Shown here in pieces: positions 24,284 through 35,353 of a stretch of DNA of 64,000 bases; positions within the stretch are counted from its first letter, which is position 1, and each line of letters starts with the position of its first letter. A model generated the notes under the pieces. The model was not told where the DNA came from and did not search any database. It saw nothing but the letters and a program-made list of their open reading frames with translations. Source of the stretch: an uncultured Hormoscilla sp. Lineage in GTDB: Bacteria; Cyanobacteriota; Cyanobacteriia; Cyanobacteriales; Desertifilaceae. The stretch is from the NCBI GenBank assembly GCA_963921275.4, contig OZ001293.3, positions 2,944,001 through 3,008,000 of the forward strand, read 5' to 3'. Both the position numbers and the translations under genes were made by a program.

Positions 24284-25183
24284 GTGAGAACCGATACACT
24301 TTTTTACCAATTATTTAAAACTTTTCCCAGTCTGTTGTTTGAACTGCTGGGGGAGTCACCGTCTTTAGCTGAAAGGTATGAGTTTTCATCCCGAGAAATC
24401 AAAGAACTGGCTCGGAGATTTGACGGGATATTTTTGCCCGAGTCTGAAGAAGTTGACAAACTCATCTACTTTGTGGAAGTCCAGTTTCAACCCAAAGAGG
24501 ACTTTTACTGGCGCTTGTTTACGGAAATCTTCGTATACCTGGGTCAATACAAACCGAAAAACGATTGGTTGGCGGTGGCAGTATTTGCCAACCGCAATTT
24601 AGATCCAGGACTGCCAATACAGTATCGGGCTTTCCTGAGCAGTCAGCAATTGAAATTTGTGTATTTGTCGGAGTTGTCAAAACCATCAGATCCATCTTTG
24701 GGCTTGGGGATAGTCCAGTTGGCCCTAGGGTCTTCCCAGGAGGCCGTCCAACTGACTAAGAAACTGATGCTCAAAGCACGGCAGTCAGTTGATGATATAG
24801 CCTTCCAGCGGCAGGTGATAGAATTGATAGAGAGCACGCTGGTTTATAAGTTTACCGAGTTAAGTCGGGAGGAGATTGAAGCTATGTTCGCATTGAGTGA
24901 CTTAAAACAGACGAAGGTTTATCAAGAAGGCAAGGAAGAAGGTAAGCTGGAAGGTCTCAAAGAAGGCAAGGAAGAAGGTCTCGAAGAAGGTAAGCTGTCG
25001 GGTAAGCTGGAAGGCAAGCTGGAAGGCAAGCTGGAAGGCAAGCTGGAATCTGTACCTGGGTTCTTAGCACTCGGGTTGACTGTCGAACAAATTGCTACGG
25101 CCTTAGGCTTGGATGTTGAGGTCATTCATCAGGCCGCTGTCCCTGCTGAACAGCCCCCACAACAGTCAGAAACACAGAGCTAG
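24284..25183 (+). CDS. Rpn family recombination-promoting nuclease / putative transposase (DUF2887 type)
   Basis: MRTDTLFYQLF, RFDGIF, FVEVQFQ, EGKLEG repeats. Confidence 0.9.
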   Translation: MRTDTLFYQLFKTFPSLLFELLGESPSLAERYEFSSREIKELARRFDGIFLPESEEVDKLIYFVEVQFQPKEDFYWRLFTEIFVYLGQYKPKNDWLAVAVFANRNLDPGLPIQYRAFLSSQQLKFVYLSELSKPSDPSLGLGIVQLALGSSQEAVQLTKKLMLKARQSVDDIAFQRQVIELIESTLVYKFTELSREEIEAMFALSDLKQTKVYQEGKEEGKLEGLKEGKEEGLEEGKLSGKLEGKLEGKLEGKLESVPGFLALGLTVEQIATALGLDVEVIHQAAVPAEQPPQQSETQS

Positions 25184-25342
25184 AAATCCCTTCTACCTGT
25201 GAAACTGGTGGCGCGAGCGCATTTTTTTATTGGCAAGAATGCGCTCGCCTATAGCTCGTGTTTTTATTGTGAATTTTATTTGAGCAAGTAAATCTTCTAT
25301 ATCTATGTTAAAATCTCATAGGAATATCAAAAAGGAGCAACT

Positions 25343-26198
25343 ATGAGAACAGATACATGATTTTACAAACTATTTCAAACATTTCCCAGCTTGTTGTTTG
25401 AACTGCTGGTCGCCATCTTTAGCAGAAGGGTATGAGTTTTCATCCCGAGAAATTAAATAATTGACTCGGAGATTTGACGGCATATTTTTGCCCGAGTCTG
25501 AAGAAGCTGACCAACTCATCTACTTTGTGGAAGTCCAGTTTCAACCCAAAGAGGATTTTTACTGGCGCTTGTTTACGGAAATCTTCGTATACCTGGGTCA
25601 ATATAAACTGAAAAACGATTGGTTGGCAGTGGTAGTATTTGCCAACCGCAATTTAGATCCAGGACTGCCAATACCCTATTGGGTGTTGCTTCCCAAATTG
25701 AAGTTGGTGTATTTGTCGGAGTTATCCAAACCATCAGATCCATCTTTGGGCTTGGAAATAGTCCAGTCGGCCCTAGGGTCTTCCCAAGAGGCCGTCCAAC
25801 TGACTAAGAAACTGATGCTCAAAGCACGGCAGTCAGTTGATGATATAGCCTTCCAGCGGCAGGTGATAGAATTGATAGAGGGCACGCTGGTTTATAAGTT
25901 TACCGAGTTAAGTCGGGAGGAGATCGAAGCTATGTTCGCGTTGAGTGACTTAAAACAGACGAAGGTTTATCAAGAAGGCAAGGAAGAAGGTAAGCTGGAA
26001 GGTCTCAAAGAAGGCAAGGAAGAAGGTCTCGAAGAAGGTAAGGTGTCGGGCAAGCTAGAATCTGTACCTGGGTTCTTAACACTCGGGTTGACTGTCGAAC
26101 AAATTGCTACGGCGTTAGGTTTAGATGTTGAAGTCGTTCAGCAGGCCGCTGTCCCTGCTGAAAATACCCCACAACAGTCACAGTCAGAAACTGATTAA
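25343..26198 (+). pseudogene. second tandem Rpn copy, disrupted
   Basis: near-identical to the first copy; TGA at codon 6, small deletion, GAA>TAA near 25458. Confidence 0.88.
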
Positions 26199-26422
26199 GT
26201 CGGGAGGAGATTGAGGCTATGTTCGCATTGAGTGACTTAAAACAGACCAGGGTTTATCAAGAAGGCAAGGAAGAAGGCAAGCTAGAATCTGTACCTGGGT
26301 TCTTAGCACTCGGGTTGACTGTCGAACAAATTGCTACGGCCTTAGGCTTAGATGTTGAAGTCGTTCAGCAGGCCGCTGTCCCTGCTGAAAAGCCCCCACA
26401 ACAGTCAGGAACTGAGAGTTAG
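26195..26422 (+). pseudogene. third Rpn copy, C-terminal fragment only
   Basis: SREEIEAMFALSDLKQTRVYQEG... duplicated tail. Confidence 0.85.
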
Positions 26423-26728
26423 AAAGAGCTTATACCTAGGGTACGGGTTGGGCGATTTTGTAGTCTGCGCGGGCGAAGTTAAGTCTAGCCCCACGCCGTG
26501 TCTCCTGGGAGATCGATGTTTCCCGGGAAACATCCTAGTCACACTTCTTTTGGAGACACGGCCCCCTAGTTCCCACGGCTCTGCCTGGGAACGGGCTCCG
26601 GCGCGGTACTTCATATCGATGCTAGACAGGAAAGAAACCCGGTTCTTGAGGGAAATGCGATCGCCCGCCCTGGCCTGGACTAGAATAAAATCACATCACA
26701 AGGTTAATCGCGAGCGAAATTATCTCTT

Positions 26729-27112
26729 ATGAATCAAATTGCCCAAGACATTGCCGCCATTGATGACAAGCTCTCCAAGCGCGACATCGCCCTCGATATA
26801 GGCGGATACTTCATTATCTACCTGGATCGAGAGGCGAAGTTAATTTGTGCCAAACATTTCACTAATGCGATCGACTCTCGGGGCAGGGCTGTCGATCCAG
26901 AAACGGGCAAAGTGATCCCCGCACGGGGTAAGGTGGAACGCACCGCCGAAACCCTGTATACCGCCAGAACCGCCAAAGAATTATGTGTAAAGATTTTTGA
27001 AGAAGCCCAGCCTTGCCCCGTGACCCTGTTAGATCACGCTGCGTATCTGGGACGAGAATTCATCAGGGCGGAACTGGCTCTGATCTCTGGACAAGAGTAC
27101 GTTCAGGACTAG
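26729..27112 (+). CDS. DUF4346 protein
   Basis: LDIGGYFIIY, LDHAAYLGRE, YVQD end. Confidence 0.85.
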   Translation: MNQIAQDIAAIDDKLSKRDIALDIGGYFIIYLDREAKLICAKHFTNAIDSRGRAVDPETGKVIPARGKVERTAETLYTARTAKELCVKIFEEAQPCPVTLLDHAAYLGREFIRAELALISGQEYVQD

Positions 27113-27142
27113 AATAGTTCATGGCAAGTAATGAACTAGCCA

Positions 27143-27853
27143 TCAATTTTGGTACAGCCAGAAGTAGGTAACCATCGGGATAATGGTCGCCAGAATTAGC
27201 AAGACAATCACCCAGGTGGTGGCGTTGCTGTTTTTGGTTTCTTCTGGGGTGGCAAAGGTGCCTTCTACTTGTATCTTATTTTCGACCACGGGGGGACCAG
27301 GATCCGGTTCGCCAGATAATACAGCTGCTAGTCGATCGGCTGCCGCCAAGAAAGCACGGTTATATTGATTATCATTGCGGATGGGGACTTGCATGGTTTC
27401 GGAGACCACACTCTGGGCAATATCATCGGACATCAGCTGTTTCACAGCCGCCCCGGTGCGGATCCCAGTGTTATTGGTCACGGTATCCAGGACGACTAAG
27501 GTTTGATTAGCTTGCGCTTCTGGGGTAGGAAACCACAAGGCAAGCAGCTTCTCGGCAAAACTGTCGATCGTTTCCCCGTAGTCCAGGCGGCGGATGGTCA
27601 CCATCCTGACTTCGTTGCCAGTTTCTTGGGCGAGTTTGGACAGCTGACTGCTGAGTTTGCCTTCATTGAAGCGGCTGATCGCTTCCCCCATATCGACTAC
27701 CCAAGTATTGTCACCCGCTGTCAGGTTCGGCATTTGATAAACGCCAGTAGCTCCAGCTGGCAGGGCGAGCAGCTGGGTGACCAGCAGCAGCGCCATTAGG
27801 GGCAAAATCAGGCGATCTAGTTGTGAGAGCAGTTTTCTCATGACCTTAACCAA
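27143..27853 (-). CDS. psb32: photosystem II repair protein Psb32 (TPM domain)
   Basis: VTIRRLDYGE, GEPDPGPP, C-terminal helix ATIIPMVTY. Confidence 0.9.
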   Translation of the reverse strand: MVKVMRKLLSQLDRLILPLMALLLVTQLLALPAGATGVYQMPNLTAGDNTWVVDMGEAISRFNEGKLSSQLSKLAQETGNEVRMVTIRRLDYGETIDSFAEKLLALWFPTPEAQANQTLVVLDTVTNNTGIRTGAAVKQLMSDDIAQSVVSETMQVPIRNDNQYNRAFLAAADRLAAVLSGEPDPGPPVVENKIQVEGTFATPEETKNSNATTWVIVLLILATIIPMVTYFWLYQN

Positions 27854-27935
27854 AAGTTTGCATATTGTAAAATTATCTCTTTTGGGGGTCGATCGTGTTA
27901 GGTTCTGAGTATTGGATTTCCGATCATCTTGGACT

Positions 27936-28190
27936 ATGACTTCCCCAGAGCTTTACAAAGGTTGGCTGATTGAGGCAAGACAAGTGTTCTGCGTACAGGT
28001 GTGGAGTGCAGGTGGTGGTGATTGCGTTATCCCCGTTCACAACGCCCAAAATGAGTCAGAGGCTCTCGCCCTCGCGAAGCGCTGGATTGACATGCAAGGG
28101 TCTCCCGCAGAGTCCCATCACCCATCGGACTCCTCGGAAGAGCACGATCCCTTTCCCCTGGACTGGGACGACGACGATATCCCATTTTAG
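27936..28190 (+). CDS. small hypothetical protein ending in DWDDDDIPF
   Basis: ATG at 27936, protein-like composition, SSB-like acidic tail. Confidence 0.6.
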   Translation: MTSPELYKGWLIEARQVFCVQVWSAGGGDCVIPVHNAQNESEALALAKRWIDMQGSPAESHHPSDSSEEHDPFPLDWDDDDIPF

Positions 28191-28272
28191 CCCTCGTTGG
28201 CTCGCAGCCATCGCCCCTGTGTACTTTTTGTTAAGGGGGCCGCGTGAGGGCTTTCGTCCGTAGTCCGAGAGT

Positions 28273-28705
28273 TTAACGATAAAGATTATGGCCAGGGTCT
28301 AACCAGACGATGTAAAAAACATTGTCTCTAAAAAATATATGTACCCTGCCATGTTCGTTAGCGGATATTTGAAACTGGTAGGCTGTGACTACTACCTTGT
28401 CTTCATTAGGAATGCCAAAGCCATTCGGTTCAGTAGTATCCTGCCAGTCTATTGGATGACATCGCAGACTTTTACTACGATTATTGACAATCTCTTGAAC
28501 AGTTAACTTGGATAAGTCCCGCAGTCTCTTCAAGAGGGCTTCTAGATATCTGACATCTCGCCCTCTAATTGAAAAATTTTCCTTGTCATCCTGATAATAC
28601 ATGAAGGAAAAGCTTACTTTGGGTATTTCTAATCCTAAGCGCTTGATCTCAGATGAGGAACCTTGGCTGCGAACATTTATCTTTTTCGGTTTTTTAGGCG
28701 GCAGG
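28273..28705 (-). CDS. putative toxin partner of the Panacea antitoxin; start codon uncertain or mutated
   Basis: frame extends upstream of the ORF call (PPKKPKK...VSFSFMYYQD); C-terminus YQFQISANEHGRVH.F..NVFYIVWLDPGHNLY. Confidence 0.6.
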
Positions 28706-29606
28706 TTTTTTGTAGTATTCTATCATTATTTTTTTAGAAATGATAGCATTAGAATGTTGAGCGATTAGCAGCCCTCTCCTCGCCTTAAGTCAAGGGTCTT
28801 CCCGATGAACCATGATTTCCAGTTCAAAAGCATCACACATAAAATACTCCTCTGTTATTTTAGCTAAAAAATCTTCTACTGCTTGCGGCAACTGTGGTTT
28901 GTTCACCTGCTTGAGAATGGGTTTCCATTGAAATTTTTTGTACTCCTCAAATAAAGCCGGAATAGTAGGACCGGGTGCCCAAGCTTCAAAATCATCTTCA
29001 AACAGGGGAGTGTGGTCAATAGCCAGATGCCAAGCTTGGGCATAATACACCAGCTTCTGTAGCTTGAGATTACTGATGAATGAACCAGTATCGTTGGCAA
29101 CCCAAATGAAGTAATCTGAAATTTCGCTAGCAGTCGTTATCGTCCTTGCTTCGACAGCACGACTCTTGTAAAACTCTCTCATTGATTCTTGAGAAATTAT
29201 AGCATGAGAAGGTTCATCTCTAGGTAAACCTTTCCTGGCTTTAATCCAAGGATATTCCCGACAAACCATCATTTCTAGTTCTAAACCAGTGCCAAGAAAA
29301 TATTCTACTGTTATATCCTCCAAAAACTCCTCTAATTCTGGCGAAAACTGTGGTTGTTTTACTTCCTTAATAATTGGTTTCCATTGAAATTTTTTTGTAC
29401 TCCTCAAATAAAGCCGGGATAACAGGACCATGTACCCAAGCCTCGAAATCATCTTCAAACAGAGGACTGTCGTGAATCGCCAAATGCCAAGCTTGGGCAT
29501 AATATACTAGCTTCTGTAGCTTGAGGTTACTGATGAATGAGCCAGTGTCGTTGGCCACCCGGATGAAGTAGTCGGCTATTTCGCCAGCAGTCGTTATCGT
29601 CTTCAT
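28694..29606 (-). pseudogene. tandem double Panacea (DUF4065/SocA-like) antitoxin, disrupted
   Basis: two SNLKLQKLVYYAQ...FEAW.(H/P)GP units; +1 frameshift in A7 run near 29390; probable TGG>TGA at 28790. Confidence 0.88.
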
Positions 29607-29697
29607 CGAACAGGTGTCCGGCCTGTCTAAAGTTGCTTTGCCGCTCATAAAGGTAGAGTAAGCTGACAACTGACAACTGACAACTGTCGAACTGACG

Positions 29698-30828
29698 TTA
29701 TCCGAATAAAGCCAATTGCTGAGGCGGCGATGAAAATGCAGTACCCGAATCGAGACAGACCAAAGCCTTGTGGATATTCTCGCCCAGCCGTCGAGCGAAC
29801 TCCACTGGCACGGCGTTGCCAATTTGGATCATAATCGATCGTTTGTTATTGCCCTTAAACTCCCAATCGTCGGGAAACGTTTGCAGTCGTGCATATTCTC
29901 GATGGGTGAAGGCTCTCAATCGTGATGCTGATATACGCCAGAGCTTTGCGTTGGCCTTCGGATTTCTGATATGCCGACCGTTGATACGATCTTTTACTTG
30001 ACGACTCGCTCGTACATTGCCCTGGGCCCAACCCCACACTGTTGCCGTGTCGATCGCGGGAAAGGGCCGATCGTAACTGCGAATCGGATGACCGTCGGAT
30101 GCGGTGCGGGAAAAGCGTACTGGCAAGACGCAATCAGTTGGGTCGAAAGGTTCGCCAGTTTCGATGTGAACTGCGCTCTTGAATCCCCAGACCGGATCGT
30201 GATTCGGTACAGTTGGTACGGGACTGAAGTTGTGAGCCAGGTCGAACAGAAACGGGCGAATGGAAGTCTGGCACTTGTCGGGTTGGGGTAAATAATAGCC
30301 AAGTGGCGGTGGTTCGCAAAAGGCGACGAAGACAAAGCGGCGGCGGGTTTGCGGGACACCATAGTGGCACATCTTGAAAATGTCGTGAAAGACGGTGTAG
30401 CCACAGCGTTCTAAATCCTGCGTAATTTGCATGGCTACGGGCTTACCTGTTTCCGGCGATTTCATCGTGCGTAGGTTGAGGACGTTTTCGATCGCGATGA
30501 TGCGGGGTCTTCCTTGTCGCGCAATCCGTAAAACCTGTTTATAAAGCTGATTTCTCGGATCGTCATCCTGACGGTTACCGCCCAGAGAAAAGCCCTGACA
30601 GGGAACTTCTGCTAGTAAGACATCAGGTGAAATCACCGAATCTAATTCAAATTCTCGGAGGTCTGCTTGGAGAACTGGCCAGTGGGGACGATTGTGCTTA
30701 AGCGTGGCGATCGCCCACGGATCCAGATCGATCGCCTGTCGGTGCTGAAAATCAGCTAACTCAAACCCCAGGTCTAGTCCTCCGGCACCCGCACACAATC
30801 CAACGACAGTGAAATTCGATTGACTCAT
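29698..30828 (-). CDS. DNA (cytosine-5) methyltransferase of a type II R-M system
   Basis: LCAGAGG, PCQGFS, ENV, QTRRR, RLQTFPD, IGNAVP. Confidence 0.9.
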   Translation of the reverse strand: MSQSNFTVVGLCAGAGGLDLGFELADFQHRQAIDLDPWAIATLKHNRPHWPVLQADLREFELDSVISPDVLLAEVPCQGFSLGGNRQDDDPRNQLYKQVLRIARQGRPRIIAIENVLNLRTMKSPETGKPVAMQITQDLERCGYTVFHDIFKMCHYGVPQTRRRFVFVAFCEPPPLGYYLPQPDKCQTSIRPFLFDLAHNFSPVPTVPNHDPVWGFKSAVHIETGEPFDPTDCVLPVRFSRTASDGHPIRSYDRPFPAIDTATVWGWAQGNVRASRQVKDRINGRHIRNPKANAKLWRISASRLRAFTHREYARLQTFPDDWEFKGNNKRSIMIQIGNAVPVEFARRLGENIHKALVCLDSGTAFSSPPQQLALFG

Positions 30829-31611
30829 CGATCTTCCTCCTGACGTAGCGTTACAGTGGGTTGGTGAGAGTGACTTGATGAGCGATATGCAATGAAATGG
30901 TGCTGTTGTCCTGCCGATGGGTTTTCGGTATAGGTAGCCTGTAGCTTATTCGTCGTCAGGTCGAAATAGTATCCAGTCATCAGGCGATCGGTCTCCGTCC
31001 TTACGAGTTCACCCACAGGGATTAAACTATCCGACACAGGCCATGCGGCGGGTAGGATCGAAGTCATTTGTCGCTCCACACCATCCAACAAGCCAAACGG
31101 AGTCGGTGCAACGTACATTTTACGATCGCGCAGCAGCACGTCACCAAAGCTTCCCATACCGCGAACACTCTTGTTTTTATGCACGTAGCTATTATCAGCA
31201 TTGAGAAACGAACCGTGACAGAGAACGAGATCGTATACACCGTAAATATTTTCTGAGGGGTTAGCTGGATAACGTCCGAACACGTAGATAATTTCGCGAC
31301 CGCGATAGACACCGTGCGGGATCTGGCTGTTGCAATCATAATCGTTGACTCGTCCGAGATACCTAGTCCTTTAAGTTCGTAGCCCAGCGGTATATGCACG
31401 AGACGAAAATCAGATACATGTTGCGACCGGGTTCGTCAAAATCTATCTTTCATTCCTCAAGGCGTGCTTTGAACCAGTTTTGAAAGGGAAATTCTTTGTC
31501 ACGGCGGGATTGACGTTCAATCAGCTTGCCGTCGTCGATCGCTGTTTCACAAGCAATCAACATGGCAGTCACTTCGGCACTCAAGACGATGGGAGCGTTT
31601 GTCATTGACAT
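30825..31611 (-). pseudogene. putative type II restriction endonuclease, multiply frameshifted
   Basis: three consecutive frames (DKEFPFQNWF / GYELKGL / FGRYP...RDRKMY); stop overlaps the MTase start. Confidence 0.65.
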
Positions 31612-31806
31612 AAGTTTAACATACAGGTGCTGCAATCCCAACCTACGACCGATGTCTCCTGCATGCGCGCAGCGTGCGCGCAGCGCAATCGCTAATCGCA
31701 CTTCTCCGGGAGACACCGCGAAGGGGCCTGCGGCAACTGAGCGCCCCAACACCTGTGTAAAAGCCTCAAGCTTGTAGGAACATCTAGGTTGAAGATCAGC
31801 GATCGC

Positions 31807-32886
31807 CTAATCTTGGAGAAACTGCACCAACTGTTCCAACTTGGTCCACGCAGCACCACTGGATAGGATATCCTTAGCCACCTTAACACCCTCTGCATGA
31901 GCCTGAAGTGGCACAACTCCACCCACCTGAAGGGCCAAAGATGCATTCAATGCCACCACATCCTGCTGGGCCGCTGTACCCTTGCCTTGCAGTACATTGG
32001 ACATAATCTCAACATTGTCTTTAATTTCGCCCCCTCGCAGTGCATCGACCCTTGCTGCTGTCAAACCCAGTTCCTGGGGATTGACTGCGGTTATCTGCAC
32101 CCGACCATCGGACAATACTGCCAAATCTGTTAAATCTCCCAACCCCGCCTCATCTAGTTTTTCCCGTCCGTGGAGGACGATCGCCTTCTGGGTTCCCAAC
32201 TGCTGCAATGCTTGGGCGATCGTTTCTATCATCCCCCCATCGAAGACCCCGATCGCTTGACCTGTAGGGCGCAAGGGATTCACCAGTGGACCCAAGAGAT
32301 TAAAGACAGTTCGCACCTTCAGAGTTTTCCGCAGACTCACTACCGCCTTCATCGCCGGATGCCAACCGGGGGCAAATAGAAACGTGATTCCTACTTCATC
32401 AAGGGCCGAGACAACCTTCTGAGTGGGTGCATTCAGGTTCACGCCCAAACCTTCCAACACATCCGCCGAACCCACCTTACTTGATGCCGAACGATTGCCA
32501 TGTTTGGCCACTTTCACCCCAGCGGCGGCGGCCACAAAGGCAACAGCAGTAGAGATATTAAAGGTAGAAGCACCATCCCCACCCGTTCCGCAAGTATCTA
32601 TTACAGGGGTCGAATGTACGGTTTTGGGGTATGATTTAGATTGAGATTGCAATACCGAGGCCATGCCCGCCAGTTCTGTTGCTTCTACACCTTTAGCTTG
32701 GATGGCCGCTAAGATCGCACCTGAGAGTACTGGCGGAATTGTCTCACTTAACCATCCCTCCATTAAGGACTCTGCCTGGGCCCGTGAGAGTGATTGCTTG
32801 TCTAGGAGTTGTTGTAGTAAATTGGACCAGTTGGGGATTTGCACGTCAATTGCCATCGCTCGCTCCTGAGTCATAATTGTTGCCAT
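31807..32886 (-). CDS. trpD: anthranilate phosphoribosyltransferase
   Basis: [25 protein letters not shown]. Confidence 0.96.
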   Translation of the reverse strand: MATIMTQERAMAIDVQIPNWSNLLQQLLDKQSLSRAQAESLMEGWLSETIPPVLSGAILAAIQAKGVEATELAGMASVLQSQSKSYPKTVHSTPVIDTCGTGGDGASTFNISTAVAFVAAAAGVKVAKHGNRSASSKVGSADVLEGLGVNLNAPTQKVVSALDEVGITFLFAPGWHPAMKAVVSLRKTLKVRTVFNLLGPLVNPLRPTGQAIGVFDGGMIETIAQALQQLGTQKAIVLHGREKLDEAGLGDLTDLAVLSDGRVQITAVNPQELGLTAARVDALRGGEIKDNVEIMSNVLQGKGTAAQQDVVALNASLALQVGGVVPLQAHAEGVKVAKDILSSGAAWTKLEQLVQFLQD

Positions 32887-32954
32887 ATTTGACTATTTTC
32901 AATTGGAGATCGTCATGGGTTATTCAGTCAAGTCCTATATTGCGGTGTCTTCCT

Positions 32955-33140
32955 CCCATTGAAACCCATATCCTGCCTGGTGTCTAGACCCAATTTGCGA
33001 GGGATCCTGTTTTCGCACCCTTTTTCCTACCCCATGATCCCTAAAAAAATGGCTGAAACCCTTACAGGTCAAGGGAGCGATCGATCCCATAAAAACTCGT
33101 TGTTTCAGCCATTTTTCAGATCCCTCGCAAATTTTACTAA
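32955..33140 (-). promoter_or_regulatory. CRISPR-leader-like sequence with nested inverted repeats and no array
   Basis: AATTTGCGAGGGATC/GATCCCTCGCAAATT (32992/33119) and AAAAATGGCTGAAAC/GTTTCAGCCATTTTT (33045/33102). Confidence 0.45.
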
Positions 33141-33502
33141 ATAATCAACAATTGGGGAGGTTTTGTAACAGACGGGCCACCGCACCTCGTTACCGGGTGT
33201 GGTCAAAAACAGTTGGTACACCGGAGTTCTCGCGGGGTGCAGGGCGAAGCATTCGGATAGGACATCTGTAAATTTATGTCATAATTTGCGGAAGAATGCT
33301 AGTCGCCCCTACAGGGGTATACGACAGGGAGGGCCCATAAACGATCAACGGGTTTTGACCACACCCACCTCGACCTGGTTCATATTTTGGCGGGACAGCG
33401 GGTAAAATCGCACCTTGCTGGCTGGGATTTATCGAACGAGGGCCCGGCTACATGAAACCGTTCTCAGGCAGAGTCGTGGGAACGAGGGGTTTGGCTACAT
33501 GA

Positions 33503-33723
33503 AAGCTATTGCATGCTTACACTAAGCTATTGTATGCTTACACTAAGCTATTGTATGCTTACACTAAGCTATTGTATGCTTACACTAAGCTATTGTATGC
33601 TTACACTAAATTATTGTATGCTTACACTAAATTATTGTATGCTTACACTAAATTATTGTATGTTTACACTAAGCTATTGTATGTTTACACTAAGCTATTG
33701 TATGCTTACACTAAGCTATTGTA
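33503..33723. repeat. 21-bp tandem array, about 10.5 copies
   Basis: unit AAGCTATTGTATGCTTACACT with block-wise variants. Confidence 0.95.
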
Positions 33724-33844
33724 AACATATGTTACAATTTTCTGACGCTCGGCGCCAGCAACCGCTCTCAAGGTCGCCGTGCCGGGCACGGCAACCCCTT
33801 GATGCAGAGCTTATCAGAAACATCCTCCCGTGGGAATCATTAAC

Positions 33845-35353
33845 TTAGAGGGAAAAAGTAAATCCCATTTTTACCTCCCAGATGCTGTCATTGTCGCTGT
33901 CGCTTTCTGGGTTAATCTGTACAGACAAATTATAATTCCATCTAATCCGGTCAGTCAAAGGATAGCTATAGGTTCCTGCAATTGTCAACCCAGTATCGGG
34001 ATCTATTCGTTCGGAAAGGTCATTTTCGGTCACCTTCGGTTCCATTCTGAACAGGAAACTCAACTGAGACCCTAGTTTACCTACGTCTGGAAAAGCCAGT
34101 CCGAGCCCCCAGTACCAAAGCTCGGCTTCAGCACCTCTGGAACCTTCAAAGATTCCCTGAGATCCAGGAGAACTTTCTGCCTTCGCCTCAGTATAACCCA
34201 CCCAAGCGCCTGCGATCAGGCTATCGCTAAACCGATAGTTGGCTTCGATGCCATAAGCATTTGCTGATGTTGCGGTATCTTCACCAAAAGCTGCTCCCGC
34301 AAAGCTGCTGCCACCACGCCCAACATTAGGGCTATTAGGAGCATAGTAACGCGCATAGGTAAGACCGATACCCAGGCGATCATTCGGTGTCAAAGTCACC
34401 TGAGCTAAAGCTCCAAATTTACCGTTAAAAAGCCCTTTCCCCTCACTGGGATCCGATATACTATCATCCGAACCGAAATAAGTTGCGCCAATTTCCAGCC
34501 AATCATTTAATTGATAGTTTATCCCCACGCCACCACCAGAACTGAGCCCGTAGATGGGGCTGCTGGAGACCGGATTTAATGAGGGAACAACGCTTGTTGC
34601 CGACTGACCCCTTGCCACTAAGTAGAATTGACCGCGAAAGCCCAGGGGAAATCGATAGAACACCGAGCCCCAACTAATTTCACCACTGCCAGTGAGCCCA
34701 GCTCGCAACAGGTCTCTACCGGTGAAACTGGTGTCAAAGTTGAGAGACGCCGAACCTCCAAATGTGAGATTTTCCTCTGGATCTTTGTTCCAACTCTCAG
34801 TAAAAGTGAAGCTGGCTGACCCAAATAGCTTCGCTGTAGTAGAGAACTGATTCGCTTCCAGTTCAGCCGTCAGGGCTTCCAGGGCATCTACTCGACCCCG
34901 CAGAGTCGCCAGTTCTGGGGCATACTCGTCTTGCAGCCGTAGCAACCTATTTATGTCATCTCTGTCCAGTACATTGCTTGTCGCACTGGCAATTAGTTCA
35001 TTTATCCTGTCTAAACAGGCATTCAATCCCGCCGCAAACTCATATCTCGTTAAGGCCCGATTCCCCCGATACCTGCCATCGGGATAACCGGCGACACAAC
35101 CGTAGCGTTCTACCAATGATTGTAATGCTTGGTATGCCCAATCTGTTGGTTGGATATCAGATAGTTGAGACACCGATGTTGTCTGCCATCGCTGCCGGGA
35201 ATCTCCAACATTCTCCCCCACATCAGAAGATAATTCTTCTACCGAAATGAAGGGACTCCCTAAGCTGCCATTAGTCTGGGCCAGACTAAGATCGCCTATC
35301 GTCAAGCTCGATCCTAGTATTGCCGACGCGATCGGCAATAGACATTTTTTCAC
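33845..35353 (-). CDS. SLH-domain cyanobacterial outer-membrane porin
   Basis: SVSQLSDIQPTDWAYQAL..LVERYGC, TRYEFAAGLNACL, QFSTTAKL. Confidence 0.9.
   Translation of the reverse strand: MKKCLLPIASAILGSSLTIGDLSLAQTNGSLGSPFISVEELSSDVGENVGDSRQRWQTTSVSQLSDIQPTDWAYQALQSLVERYGCVAGYPDGRYRGNRALTRYEFAAGLNACLDRINELIASATSNVLDRDDINRLLRLQDEYAPELATLRGRVDALEALTAELEANQFSTTAKLFGSASFTFTESWNKDPEENLTFGGSASLNFDTSFTGRDLLRAGLTGSGEISWGSVFYRFPLGFRGQFYLVARGQSATSVVPSLNPVSSSPIYGLSSGGGVGINYQLNDWLEIGATYFGSDDSISDPSEGKGLFNGKFGALAQVTLTPNDRLGIGLTYARYYAPNSPNVGRGGSSFAGAAFGEDTATSANAYGIEANYRFSDSLIAGAWVGYTEAKAESSPGSQGIFEGSRGAEAELWYWGLGLAFPDVGKLGSQLSFLFRMEPKVTENDLSERIDPDTGLTIAGTYSYPLTDRIRWNYNLSVQINPESDSDNDSIWEVKMGFTFSL

Noticed and set aside
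33503..33848. Repeat-peptide ORFs (YAYTKLL / MLTLSYC) or a CRISPR array next to the leader-like sequence
   Set aside because: Translations of a 21-bp tandem repeat; no spacers; on the wrong side of the leader-like element
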